DNA of 29,837 nt from Patescibacteria group bacterium (GTDB lineage: Bacteria; Patescibacteriota; CPR2; UBA1875). Below the pieces are notes generated by a model. That model made no database searches and was not told the DNA's origin. It saw nothing but the letters and a program-made list of their open reading frames with translations. Shown piece after piece: positions 1 to 9,569 of the stretch; within the stretch, counting starts at the first letter, position 1, and every line of letters starts with the position of its first letter. Both the position numbers and the translations under genes were made by a program. The DNA lies in the NCBI GenBank assembly GCA_041737595.1, contig JBGSRK010000017.1, positions 1 to 29,837 of the forward strand, given 5' to 3'.

Positions 1-277
1 GATCAATTAGTTTAACATCAGTAATCCCTGGTATTTTTTCTATACTTTCTATAAATTCTTTATAGTCTCCGGAAATCTTTAAGCTATATTGTTGTTTAAG
101 ATTAAAAAAATTACCTGCATTATTTTGGATTTGTTCAGAAAAATTAGATCGGGTTCTTTCTATAAAAAAATTTCTAATTTCATTTTTAGTAAATATATAT
201 ATCAAAGATATGATTACTATAAATGAAATAGTAACCAATAATAAATACTTTGTTCGTAAATCAAATTTCGCCCTCAC
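1..277 (-). CDS. 5' part of a membrane-anchored protein, possibly a sensor (histidine kinase/GGDEF-type N-terminus); runs off the window edge
   Basis: Manual translation from GTG at 277 is open to position 1: MRAKFDLRTKYLLLVTISFIVIISLIYIFTKNEIRNFFIERTRSNFSEQIQNNAG... One TM helix followed by a soluble domain. Absent from the ORF track because no stop codon falls in the window. Confidence 0.65.
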   Translation of the reverse strand, partial: MRAKFDLRTKYLLLVTISFIVIISLIYIFTKNEIRNFFIERTRSNFSEQIQNNAGNFFNLKQQYSLKISGDYKEFIESIEKIPGITDVKLID

Positions 278-347
278 ATTCAAAGTATAAAGTATTGAGT
301 ATAAAGAATAAAGAGTTTAAAATAGATTAGGTTAATAAAGGAGTTAT

Positions 348-533
348 ATGACTAAAGTAAAAGTAGATAAAAGTTTATGTATTGCTTGTGGAAATTGTTT
401 TACAACTTGTCCAGATTGTTTTGAACTAGACGAAGACGGCAAATCACATGGTAAAGATACTTGTAAGGAAGATTGTTGTGATTTACAGTCAGTTGCCGAT
501 GAGTGTCCCGTTTCTGCAATAACAGTAGAATAA
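348..533 (+). CDS. Single-cluster [4Fe-4S]/[3Fe-4S] ferredoxin
   Basis: CIACGNCxxxCP plus a distal ECP motif; 61 aa; AAGGAG SD upstream. Confidence 0.92.
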   Translation: MTKVKVDKSLCIACGNCFTTCPDCFELDEDGKSHGKDTCKEDCCDLQSVADECPVSAITVE

Positions 534-541
534 AATAAAAT

Positions 542-571
542 AAAATAACGGCTTTAAAGGCCGTTATTTTT
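542..571 (+). terminator. Intrinsic terminator after ferredoxin, probably bidirectional
   Basis: AAAATAACGGC...GCCGTTATTTT inverted repeat with A and T tracts on either side. Confidence 0.75.
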
Positions 572-589
572 GTTTTATAATGAATCGTT

Positions 590-2650
590 ATGGAAAACTT
601 TATATTAAAAACAAAATTGAAACCAAAAGGGGACCAACCCGAGGCAATTAAAAAAATTGTAGACGGTTTTAAATCAAATATAGATGACATTGTTCTGCTT
701 GGGGTAACAGGTTCAGGGAAGACTTTTACAATGGCCAAGACAATAGAGGCTATTCAAAAACCAACCTTAATAATTACTCATAATAAAACTCTAGCGGCTC
801 AACTATATAGTGAATTTAGGGAATATTTCCCTGATAATGCGGTTCATTATTTTGTTTCTTATTACGATTATTACCAGCCAGAAGCATATATCCCACGTAC
901 GGATACATTTATTGAAAAAGATGCAGATATTAATGAAGAAATTGATCGACTTCGTAATGCCGCAACCTCTTCTTTGCTTTCAAGAAAAGATGTAATTATT
1001 ATTGCTTCAGTTAGTTGTATCTATGGCCTAGGGACTCCGTCTGATTATGAGGCCATGAAAATTGTTATAAAAAAAGGTGAAACACTTTCAAGAGAAAAAA
1101 TTCAAAGAAGATTAATTGATGTTCAATATGAAAGGAATGATCAAGATTTTTCTAGGGGTAAATTTCGAGTCAGGGGAGATCTTTTAGATATAATACCTTC
1201 GTATGAAGATCATGGTTATCGAATAGAATTTGATGGTGATGAAATCGAAAAAATTAGACTTTTTGATCCATTAACAGGTGAAATTTTGAAAGAACTTTCA
1301 GAAATTACAATTTTCCCAGCCAAACATTTTGTAACCCCAAAAGAAAGAATTAAAGCTGCACGAGAATTAATTATTAAAGAATTAGACGCGCGAGTAAAAT
1401 ATTTTAAGAAAAATAATCAACTTCTGGAAGCTCAACGGATTGAAGAAAGAACAAAGTTTGATATAGAAATGATAGAAGAAACTGGCTACTGTTCTGGGAT
1501 TGAAAATTATTCAAGATTTTTAGCAAACAGAAAAGCAGGGGACGCTCCTTCAACTCTTCTTGATTATTTCCCAGATGACTTTTTATGTTTTGTTGATGAA
1601 TCTCATATGACCATCCCTCAGGTCCGCGGTATGTATAATGGAGATCGTTCGCGAAAAGAAACTTTAGTGAATTTTGGTTTTAGGCTTCCTTCAGCACTTG
1701 ATAATAGGCCGCTTAGATTCGATGAGTTTATAAAAAGAGTAAAAAAAATTCTTTATGTTTCTGCAACCCCTGCTGAATATGAACTTTCAAAAATATCAAA
1801 TGAAAAAATTCATAGCCCAGCTGAATTTTATAAATCAAGAAGGAAGGGTAAAGAATATATTAATGTCGCAGAACAGATTATTAGACCCACAGGGCTACTG
1901 GACCCAGAAATAGAGATAAGACCTGAAAAAGATCAAATATCCGACTTATTTTCTGAGATTCAAAAGAGAGTTAAAAAAAATCAACGTGTGATTGTTACGA
2001 CTCTTACAAAAAAAATGGCAGAGGCGCTCACTGAATATTTAGCCGAACTGGGTGTAAAGGTACAATTTTTACATTCCGAAGTTGCAACCCTTGAAAGACC
2101 AGAAATATTAAGAGATTTAAGACTTGGTAAATATGATGTGATTGTTGGGGTAAATCTTTTAAGGGAAGGACTTGATCTTCCGGAAGTTTCTTTAGTAGCA
2201 ATACTTGATGCTGATAAAGAGGGGTTTTTAAGAGGTGAGCAGGCCTTAATACAAACAATTGGACGAGCCGCCAGGCACGTAGAGGGTAAGGTTATTATGT
2301 ATGCGGAAAAAGAATCTCGAGGCATGAAAGAAGCGATTTCAGAAACAAACCGACGTCGTTCAATCCAAGAAAAATATAATAATGACCACAAAATTACACC
2401 TCTATCTATAAAAAAAGCTATACGAGATTCAATAGTGGAAGAGAAAAAACATGAACTTTCTGATGTAGAAAAAATAGATATTGCAAATATACCACCAGAT
2501 GAGCTTTCTCGATTAATTAAAGACATAGAATTAAAAATGAAACTTTCAGCACAAAATCTCCAATTTGAAAAAGCTGCTGAATATAGAGATCAAATTTCTG
2601 AAATTCGAGAACAACAAGATAAGGTAAAATTTTCAAAAAAGATTAAGTAA
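590..2650 (+). CDS. uvrB: Excinuclease ABC subunit B
   Basis: GVTGSGKT Walker [16 protein letters not shown] beta-hairpin motif, [15 protein letters not shown]-terminal UVR domain. Confidence 0.99.
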   Translation: MENFILKTKLKPKGDQPEAIKKIVDGFKSNIDDIVLLGVTGSGKTFTMAKTIEAIQKPTLIITHNKTLAAQLYSEFREYFPDNAVHYFVSYYDYYQPEAYIPRTDTFIEKDADINEEIDRLRNAATSSLLSRKDVIIIASVSCIYGLGTPSDYEAMKIVIKKGETLSREKIQRRLIDVQYERNDQDFSRGKFRVRGDLLDIIPSYEDHGYRIEFDGDEIEKIRLFDPLTGEILKELSEITIFPAKHFVTPKERIKAARELIIKELDARVKYFKKNNQLLEAQRIEERTKFDIEMIEETGYCSGIENYSRFLANRKAGDAPSTLLDYFPDDFLCFVDESHMTIPQVRGMYNGDRSRKETLVNFGFRLPSALDNRPLRFDEFIKRVKKILYVSATPAEYELSKISNEKIHSPAEFYKSRRKGKEYINVAEQIIRPTGLLDPEIEIRPEKDQISDLFSEIQKRVKKNQRVIVTTLTKKMAEALTEYLAELGVKVQFLHSEVATLERPEILRDLRLGKYDVIVGVNLLREGLDLPEVSLVAILDADKEGFLRGEQALIQTIGRAARHVEGKVIMYAEKESRGMKEAISETNRRRSIQEKYNNDHKITPLSIKKAIRDSIVEEKKHELSDVEKIDIANIPPDELSRLIKDIELKMKLSAQNLQFEKAAEYRDQISEIREQQDKVKFSKKIK

Positions 2651-2659
2651 TAATGGAAA

Positions 2660-2684
2660 GCGGCCAGGTTTAGAACCTGGCCGC
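2660..2684. terminator. GC-rich hairpin between convergent uvrB and the minus-strand ORF
   Basis: GCGGCCAGGTT-TAG-AACCTGGCCGC, perfect 11-bp stem; overlaps the last codons of the minus-strand ORF. Confidence 0.6.
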
Positions 2685-3080
2685 AATCTCGTCGGGGATT
2701 ATGTGGAGAAATGTGGTATAGCTATTGCCATCGTTAATGACCTGATAGTTATCTTCCCCAACAACGCTGATAATTGCACTTTCTCCAAGATGCCCGCACC
2801 ATTCGGGATCGAGATGGTCGTTTCCAACCAAGTCATGAGCGACGAGAAGTATACTCCCATCGTTCAGTTCTAGATCATAGATCTCGATATTACTACCGTG
2901 TAGACAGTTCTTCATGAACTCAAACAATGCGAAGTCGAGTATTTTCCGGGCTTTTGTTGTATCCCCACCAGGTATCAGATGGGCGCAAATCTCTTTCGAG
3001 GTTTTGCGCATGGTATCTATCGCACTTCCGACTTCTTTTTCATCTACTTCACTTACAAAACCTGCTATAGATATGACCAT
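2670..3080 (-). CDS. Hypothetical protein with a degenerate GHKL/HATPase (RsbW anti-sigma-like) signature
   Basis: AGGAGG SD 8 nt upstream of the ATG at 3080, preferred over the GTG at 3089. FALFEFMKNCLHG resembles the N-box; LLVAHD and GHLGESAII resemble the G1/G2 regions. GC is higher than in the flanks. Confidence 0.6.
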   Translation of the reverse strand: MVISIAGFVSEVDEKEVGSAIDTMRKTSKEICAHLIPGGDTTKARKILDFALFEFMKNCLHGSNIEIYDLELNDGSILLVAHDLVGNDHLDPEWCGHLGESAIISVVGEDNYQVINDGNSYTTFLHIIPDEIAARF

Positions 3081-3245
3081 TTCTGACACCTCCTAACGAG
3101 AATTGTAGTTACTGAGAAACAAAATAGCTCCAAATCACAACGACTTGAAACTATGTAGAGCGATTACTCTTTTTATTTAGTTCCCCCATACACATAATTA
3201 TACTCCTCTGTGTCAAATATTCTATTATTTGTTTAAACAATACTA

Positions 3246-3274
3246 TTGAATTTACTTGACAGATGGGCTACAAT
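3246..3274 (+). promoter_or_regulatory. Sigma70-type promoter for uvrA
   Basis: TTGAAT-17 nt-TACAAT. Confidence 0.5.
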
Positions 3275-3307
3275 AGGCGGGCATTAGCGCTCAAAAGAGG
3301 AGTGAAG

Positions 3308-6112
3308 GTGGATAAAATCGTCGTTCGCGGGGCACGCGAACATAATTTAAAGAACATAGATGTTACGATTCCTCGTGACAAAATGGTTGTTGTCACTGGA
3401 CTTTCTGGTTCAGGGAAATCATCTCTTGTATTCGACACTATTTATGCCGAAGGGCAGCGAAGATATGTTGAATCACTCTCTTCATATGCGCGACAATTTT
3501 TAGGTCTAATGGAAAAACCGGACGTAGATCAGATAGAGGGTCTTTCACCTGCTATTTCAATTGATCAAAAATCAACAACAAGAAATCCTCGTTCTACAGT
3601 TGGAACCGTCACAGAAGTTTATGATTATCTCCGTTTATTATTTGCAAGAATTGGTCATCCTCATTGCCCGCTATGTGGTAAGGAAATATCAAGACAAACA
3701 AACGAACAAATTGTTGAACAAATTATGGCGATGAAGCCAAAGACTAAAATTATGGTTATTGCACCAATTATAAAAGGCAAAAAAGGTGCTAATAAATATG
3801 TTTTTGAAGGTTTAAAAAAAGCTGGATATCAAAGAGTTAGAATAAATGGAAAAATTTTTGATATTGATGACAACTTTAATCTTAATAAAAATAAAAAACA
3901 CAATATTGACGTAGTAGTTGACCGTTTAATTATTAATAAAGATAATTTGAAACGTCTTTCTGAATCTGTTGAACAGGCCTTAAATTTAGGCGAAGGTTTA
4001 ATATATATAATTAATGTTGATAAAAATAAAGAAAATATTTTTTCACAAAATTTTGCTTGTCCGACTTGTGGAATAAATTTACCTGAAATATCCCCAAGAA
4101 GCTTTTCTTTTAATTCTCCATATGGGGCTTGTCCTGCCTGTACTGGTCTTGGGATAAAACTTGAAATTGACCCTGAATTAGTTGTTCCTAACCAAACATT
4201 AACAATTGCCGAGGGAGCAATTAGACCATGGGCCAGAACAACTGCCAAAATGGGTTGGTATACTCAAATTCTTATAGCAGTTGGAGAAAAATATGGTTTT
4301 TCAGCTAACACTCCATATAAAGAATTATCTAAAAAATCTCGTGATATTGTAATGTATGGCACAGATAAAGAAACTTTTAAGGTCCCTATGGGGCAACGAG
4401 AATACGAAACAACTTATGAGGGGGTTGTTGCAAATTTAGAACGTCGGTATAGGGAAACTGATTCAGATTATGTTAGAAAAGAAATTGAAAAATATATGGC
4501 TGAAGCTAAATGCCAGGTGTGTAAAGGGAAAAGACTAAAACCTGAATTTGGAGCTGTTACTATCGGTAAAACCACAATTGTTGATATTGTAAATATGCCA
4601 ATTGATAAGTGTAAAGAATATTTTGATAAACTCGAACTTTCAGAAAAAGAACAAAAAATTGCCCGTCAAATAATTAAAGAATTAAGAGAACGACTAGGAT
4701 TCCTTTTAAATGTTGGCCTTTCATATCTAACACTTGATAGAACGGCTGCTACTCTTTCTGGTGGGGAAGCTCAAAGAATTAGATTAGCTACTCAAATAGG
4801 GTCATCACTAATGGGAGTTTTATATATACTAGATGAACCTTCAATTGGACTTCACCAACGTGATAATGGAAAGCTAATAAATACCTTAAAAAAATTACGT
4901 GATTTAGGGAATACAGTAATTATTGTTGAACATGACGCTGAAACAATGGAGTCTGCAGATTGGTTGATTGATGTTGGTCCTGGGGCTGGAGAACATGGTG
5001 GTTATATTATTGCCGAAGGTACCCCAGAACAAGTGAAAAAAAATAAAAAATCACTTACTGGTCAATATTTATCAGGGTTAAAAACTGTAAACTGTTCAAC
5101 AAAAAGAAGAAAAGGGACAGGAGATACAATTGAAATAATTGGTGCAACTGAAAACAATCTTAAAAATATTAATGTTAAAATACCTCTTGGTAAAATGATA
5201 GTAGTGACTGGTGTTTCTGGTTCTGGGAAATCATCGCTTATAAATGATACTTTGGCAAAAAAACTTTCCAATGTTTATCACAGAGCTCAACATACTCCAG
5301 GCAAACATAAAGAAATAATAGGTTTAAAAAATCTTGATAAAGTAATTGATATTGACCAATCTCCAATTGGGAGGACTCCGCGTTCAAACCCAGCTACATA
5401 TACGGGAGTATTTACTGATATCCGCGAGTTATTTGCGGCGACTCCAGAAGCTAAAATGCGCGGGTATAAAGCTGGAAGATTTTCCTTCAATGTTAAGGGT
5501 GGACGGTGTGAAGCGTGTCATGGTGAAGGAATTCTTAAAATTGAGATGCACTTTTTACCAGATGTATATGTCACTTGTGAGGATTGTAAAGGAAAAAGAT
5601 ATAATAAGGAAGCGCTTGAAATACATTATAAGGGCAAAACAATTTCTGATGTTTTAAATATGACGGTTGAAGAAGCTCTCGAATTTTTTGGTAACATACC
5701 AAGTATAAAAGTTAAGTTATCAACACTATTTGAAGTCGGATTGGGTTACATCAGACTTGGCCAGCCTGCAACAACTCTTTCTGGTGGAGAAGCACAACGT
5801 GTAAAGCTAGCATCTGAGCTTTCCCGAACAGCAACCGGAAAAACTTTATATATTTTAGATGAACCGACAACTGGTTTACATTTTGATGATGTTAATCGTT
5901 TGATGGCAGTTTTGAATGCACTCGCAGATATGGGGAATACAGTTCTTGTAATTGAACATAACCTAGATGTTATTAAATGTGCAGATTGGATTATTGATCT
6001 AGGTCCCGAAGGAGGGGATATGGGTGGAGAGGTTGTTGCCCAAGGAACTCCAGAAGAACTTATTAAATCAGATATCTCATATACTGCTAAATATCTTAAA
6101 AAAGTTTTATAA
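3308..6112 (+). CDS. uvrA: Excinuclease ABC subunit A
   Basis: Two ABC ATPase modules ([26 protein letters not shown]) and CxxC zinc fingers. Start placed at GTG 3308 ([16 protein letters not shown]) after a GAGGAG SD, rather than ATG 3263. Confidence 0.98.
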   Translation: MDKIVVRGAREHNLKNIDVTIPRDKMVVVTGLSGSGKSSLVFDTIYAEGQRRYVESLSSYARQFLGLMEKPDVDQIEGLSPAISIDQKSTTRNPRSTVGTVTEVYDYLRLLFARIGHPHCPLCGKEISRQTNEQIVEQIMAMKPKTKIMVIAPIIKGKKGANKYVFEGLKKAGYQRVRINGKIFDIDDNFNLNKNKKHNIDVVVDRLIINKDNLKRLSESVEQALNLGEGLIYIINVDKNKENIFSQNFACPTCGINLPEISPRSFSFNSPYGACPACTGLGIKLEIDPELVVPNQTLTIAEGAIRPWARTTAKMGWYTQILIAVGEKYGFSANTPYKELSKKSRDIVMYGTDKETFKVPMGQREYETTYEGVVANLERRYRETDSDYVRKEIEKYMAEAKCQVCKGKRLKPEFGAVTIGKTTIVDIVNMPIDKCKEYFDKLELSEKEQKIARQIIKELRERLGFLLNVGLSYLTLDRTAATLSGGEAQRIRLATQIGSSLMGVLYILDEPSIGLHQRDNGKLINTLKKLRDLGNTVIIVEHDAETMESADWLIDVGPGAGEHGGYIIAEGTPEQVKKNKKSLTGQYLSGLKTVNCSTKRRKGTGDTIEIIGATENNLKNINVKIPLGKMIVVTGVSGSGKSSLINDTLAKKLSNVYHRAQHTPGKHKEIIGLKNLDKVIDIDQSPIGRTPRSNPATYTGVFTDIRELFAATPEAKMRGYKAGRFSFNVKGGRCEACHGEGILKIEMHFLPDVYVTCEDCKGKRYNKEALEIHYKGKTISDVLNMTVEEALEFFGNIPSIKVKLSTLFEVGLGYIRLGQPATTLSGGEAQRVKLASELSRTATGKTLYILDEPTTGLHFDDVNRLMAVLNALADMGNTVLVIEHNLDVIKCADWIIDLGPEGGDMGGEVVAQGTPEELIKSDISYTAKYLKKVL

Positions 6113-6122
6113 TAAATTAGTA

Positions 6123-6293
6123 GTTATTCCCGATTAATCCCACGTATGATAATGTTTTCACCAAGGGCGAATCAGCCTCTGGTTGAGGTCAGGAATCCAT
6201 GTTCTGTTATTGCGAGGATTAGGGTGACGCGGCAATCTTTTTTTATTGTAACTTTCTCCTTGATGAGAAAGTTACCAAAGAATCAATAAAAAA
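6123..6293. repeat. Cluster of degenerate REP-like palindromic elements
   Basis: GTTATTCCCGA...GTCAGGAATCCA, GTTATTGCGAGG...GCGGCAATCT and a GTAACTTTCTC/GAGAAAGTTAC hairpin; related GTYAT/ATGAC-ended units occur at ~16.7 kb and ~23.1 kb. Confidence 0.55.
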
Positions 6294-6387
6294 TACGACT
6301 CGCTCTAAGAATAAGAAACGTAAGATAATGGAATATTAATCGCTCGGCCCTCCGGGCTAAGTATTTTTTCATCAGAATGGAAGAAAA

Positions 6388-7806
6388 ATGAACAACAAAA
6401 TTACTCAAAAATTAAAGAATGTCCCAAAGTCACCAGGCGTTTACATATATAGAAATGATAAAAGAAAAATTATATATGTTGGGAAGGCAATTGTTCTTAA
6501 AAATCGGGTATCTTCATATTTCCAAAATATGGGGCATGATCCAAAAACAGAAGAGTTAGTTAAAAATGTTCATGATTTAGAGTGGATTGTAGTTGAGTCT
6601 GAATTTGAGGCATTAATTCTTGAGGCAGATTTAATAAAACGATATAAACCGAAATATAATATCAGATTTCGTGATGATAAAAATTATTCTTACCTTAAAA
6701 TATCGGGTGACGATTATCCAAGAATTTCAGTTATACATCAAATTACAGATTCAAATTCAAAATATATTGGGCCTTTTACAGATGCCACCGCCTTAAGATC
6801 AATATTAAAATTAGCTCGTCATATATTCCCATACTGCACCTGTAACCATACAAATGGACAAATTTGTTTATACTATCATTTAAAATTATGTCCTGGCCAT
6901 GATGAAAAATATATTTCTAAATTTGATTATGCAAAAAATATTAAAGGGTTAATCTTACTTTTTTCAGGGAAGACTAAAAAAATTGAAGAAGAAATCAAAA
7001 AAAACATGAAAAATGCTTCAAAAAACCAACAATTTGAAAAGGCTGTAGAATATAGGGATAAATTACGATTTATTAAAAAGATTCAACACACGCATCTTTT
7101 TTCTGATCGTGAACTTTCTGCAGATATTGGTTTGCACAAATTAATGATGGAAGTCGGACTTCCATCAATTCCAAAAAGAATAGAATGTTTTGATATCTCT
7201 AATGTAATGGGTACAGCAGCAGTTGGTTCTATGGTTGTATTTAAAAATGGGATAGCAAGCCCGCGAGATTATCGAAGATTTAAAATAAAAACAGTAAAAG
7301 GCCCTGATGATTTTGCCTCTATGGCCGAAGTTCTTTCTAGACGCTTTAAAATGTCAGAAACAAAGAAAAATGATGATTCTTTCCGCCAATTACCAAATTT
7401 AATTATTTTAGATGGGGGGAAGGGTCAACTTTCTACCGTAGTTAACCGGTTACAAATATCAGAAAATGTGAAAATTATATCTCTAGCAAAAAGAATAGAG
7501 GAAGTTTTTACAATAATTGATAAAAAATTTGTATCATATAAATTGCCAAAAGAAAGTGAGGCAATGTATCTTATTCAGCGAATTCGAGATGAAGCTCATC
7601 GTTTTGCAATTACTTATCATAGAAAATTAAAATCTAGTGAAATATATAAATCATCCCTTGATTCAATTATTGGGGTAGGTCCAAAAACAAAAAAGAAACT
7701 TATTTCAAACTTTGGTTCAATTAAAAAAATAAAAGAAACATCTGTCGAAGATTTATCAAAAGTAATCCCAGAAAAAATAGCAAAAAAAATAAAAGAAACT
7801 CTTTAA
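6388..7806 (+). CDS. uvrC: Excinuclease ABC subunit C (short form)
   Basis: GVY..IYVGKA GIY-YIG domain, UVR domain, RIECFDISN, DGGKGQL, RDEAHRFA, HhH tail; 472 aa. Confidence 0.97.
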   Translation: MNNKITQKLKNVPKSPGVYIYRNDKRKIIYVGKAIVLKNRVSSYFQNMGHDPKTEELVKNVHDLEWIVVESEFEALILEADLIKRYKPKYNIRFRDDKNYSYLKISGDDYPRISVIHQITDSNSKYIGPFTDATALRSILKLARHIFPYCTCNHTNGQICLYYHLKLCPGHDEKYISKFDYAKNIKGLILLFSGKTKKIEEEIKKNMKNASKNQQFEKAVEYRDKLRFIKKIQHTHLFSDRELSADIGLHKLMMEVGLPSIPKRIECFDISNVMGTAAVGSMVVFKNGIASPRDYRRFKIKTVKGPDDFASMAEVLSRRFKMSETKKNDDSFRQLPNLIILDGGKGQLSTVVNRLQISENVKIISLAKRIEEVFTIIDKKFVSYKLPKESEAMYLIQRIRDEAHRFAITYHRKLKSSEIYKSSLDSIIGVGPKTKKKLISNFGSIKKIKETSVEDLSKVIPEKIAKKIKETL

Positions 7807-7826
7807 TGATTTAGAATAATATTTTA

Positions 7827-7864
7827 TTTTTCACTACACTACTACGTAGTAGTGTAGTGAAAAA
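7827..7864. repeat. Perfect 38-bp palindrome
   Basis: TTTTTCACTACACTACTAC|GTAGTAGTGTAGTGAAAAA; no spacer and no mismatch. Confidence 0.9.
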
Positions 7865-7914
7865 GTATAATTAAGTTGGTTGTTGACTAATATTAACAAA
7901 AGAATAGAATTAAG

Positions 7915-8820
7915 ATGATGAAAAATGTAGTTGTAATAGGCGGAGGTACTGGTCTTTCGACTCTACTCCGTGGACTCAAAAAATATCCTTTTAAAATATC
8001 TGCAATTGTAACAATGACTGATGATGGAGCTTCAACCGGAAGGCTTAGAAGAGAAGCTGGGATGTTGCCCCCTGGTGATGTAAGAAAATGTATCGCCGCA
8101 CTTGCTGAAAACGAATCAGATCTTTTAGATTTATTCAATTATCGCTTTAAAAGAGGGTTTGGAATAACCGGCCATTCAATGGGTAACCTTTTTTTGACTG
8201 CTCTAAAAGATACCTCAGGGAGTTTCGAGGGAGCGATTTCTAAAGCTTCAACTCTTTTAAATATTAAAGGCGAAGTAATCCCTGCGACACTTGAAGATGT
8301 ATATTTGGGTGCTAAATTTGAGGATGGTGCAAAAATGATAGGTGAATATAAAATTACAAAGTATGGTTATGGGATGAAGATTGATAATATTTTTCTTTCA
8401 AAAGAAGCGAAATCAAACCCAAAAGCAATTAAAGCAATAAAAAATGCAGATATTTTATTAGTAGGTCCAGGAAGTTTGTATACAAGTATTATTCCTAACT
8501 TTTTACATAAAGAAATAAAAGAAGAATTTAAAAAATCAAAAGCAAAGAAAACATATATTTGTAATGTTTCGACCGAAAGAGGAGAAACAGAAAAATTTAA
8601 AGCTTCAGATCATATAAAAACTCTTTCAAATTACGATATATGTTTTGATCAAGTTATTTTAAATTCTAAAATGTTTGCTAAGGGTTCTGGTGATGGTTTT
8701 GTAGAGCCAGTAGAGATTGATATTACTGAAAATGTTATTACGGCTGATATCTCAAATGATGAAAACCCTCTTTATCATGATTCAGAAAAGCTCGCAAAAG
8801 TAATTTTTGATATAATATAA
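7915..8820 (+). CDS. yvcK: YvcK/GlmR (CofD-like, UDP-GlcNAc-binding gluconeogenesis factor) family protein
   Basis: IGGGTGLSTLLRGLK, DDGASTG, PPGDVR, GHSMGNL, GPGSLYTSIIPN, HDSEKLA motifs. Confidence 0.93.
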   Translation: MMKNVVVIGGGTGLSTLLRGLKKYPFKISAIVTMTDDGASTGRLRREAGMLPPGDVRKCIAALAENESDLLDLFNYRFKRGFGITGHSMGNLFLTALKDTSGSFEGAISKASTLLNIKGEVIPATLEDVYLGAKFEDGAKMIGEYKITKYGYGMKIDNIFLSKEAKSNPKAIKAIKNADILLVGPGSLYTSIIPNFLHKEIKEEFKKSKAKKTYICNVSTERGETEKFKASDHIKTLSNYDICFDQVILNSKMFAKGSGDGFVEPVEIDITENVITADISNDENPLYHDSEKLAKVIFDII

Positions 8821-8822
8821 TT

Positions 8823-8945
8823 ATGAAAAACTATGATGAATTAGAAGAAAAAGCGATAGCAAAAACCAAGGAAAAAAAATCTAAAATGAAAATTAGTGGG
8901 AAGTCTATTTTTATTGTTGAAAAAGCATCACGCAAAATAAAATAA
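8823..8945 (+). CDS. Small basic protein (40 aa), below the ORF-track cutoff
   Basis: MKNYDELEEKAIAKTKEKKSKMKISGKSIFIVEKASRKIK; extended -10 (TG-A-TATAAT, 8808-8816) 6 nt before the ATG; hairpin just after the stop. Confidence 0.55.
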   Translation: MKNYDELEEKAIAKTKEKKSKMKISGKSIFIVEKASRKIK

Positions 8946-8958
8946 TTAATTTAGGATG

Positions 8959-8983
8959 AGGCCCCGCACGAAGTGCGGGGCCT
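8959..8983. terminator. GC-rich hairpin between convergent small ORFs
   Basis: AGGCCCCGCAC-GAA-GTGCGGGGCCT, perfect 11-bp stem. Confidence 0.6.
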
Positions 8984-9004
8984 GACCAAAACAATGGTGC
9001 GACG

Positions 9005-9208
9005 TTAGCCTGCTTGCACCGGCTCTTCTCTTTTGGAGTTAGAGACGATGACACCAATGAGCTGACGCTCGAATGTCTCCTCAGCCTCAAAATACTCACG
9101 AACTATTTTCGCGAGTGCTGGGGAGAGCTTTTCGATCTCTTTAAGTGCTGTTTTTGCAGCACTTCTTTGCGCGGCCAAAAGTAATGGCCTTTTAATGTAC
9201 CCAGGCAT
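9005..9208 (-). CDS. Hypothetical protein (67 aa, helical)
   Basis: GGAGG SD upstream; TTGAAA-16-TATAAT at 9288-9261 on the minus strand; downstream hairpin; higher GC. Confidence 0.6.
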   Translation of the reverse strand: MPGYIKRPLLLAAQRSAAKTALKEIEKLSPALAKIVREYFEAEETFERQLIGVIVSNSKREEPVQAG

Positions 9209-9313
9209 TTTCCCTCCAAAATTGCAAACCTCGCATGAGGTATTTGTCCTTGTCGCCGTAATTATAGCTTAATCGTAGACATTTTCAAGTAATTTTGTTA
9301 AAATCGAAAAGTC

Positions 9314-9532
9314 ATGAAAACAACTTTTATAGTAATCCAGGTAATTACATTAATACTTATTATTATTACTGTTTTACTCCAACAAAAAGGAACGGGTCTT
9401 TCTTCTATGTTTGGGGCAAGTACTAATAATTTTCAAACTAAACGTGGAGCGGAAAAATTACTTTTCTACACCACTATAGTTTCTGCTTTAATATTTTTAA
9501 TAGTAACTCTTCTCCAACTTTTTTATAATTAG
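9314..9532 (+). CDS. secG: Preprotein translocase subunit SecG
   Basis: Two TM helices, VLLQQKGTGLSSMFG and KRGAEKLL motifs. Confidence 0.93.
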   Translation: MKTTFIVIQVITLILIIITVLLQQKGTGLSSMFGASTNNFQTKRGAEKLLFYTTIVSALIFLIVTLLQLFYN

Positions 9533-9569
9533 GCTGAATATTTAGATTAAATTTATTAGTCTTAATAAT

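Noticed and set aside
3197-3274. TTGACA only 7-8 nt from a -10 hexamer in both divergent promoters
   Set aside because: The spacing is incompatible with a -35 role, uvrA has an alternative -35 at 17 nt, and two cases are too few to claim a motif.
540-6387. SOS (LexA) boxes upstream of the uvr genes
   Set aside because: No CTGT-N8-ACAG or GAAC-N4-GTTC seen in the upstream intergenic regions.
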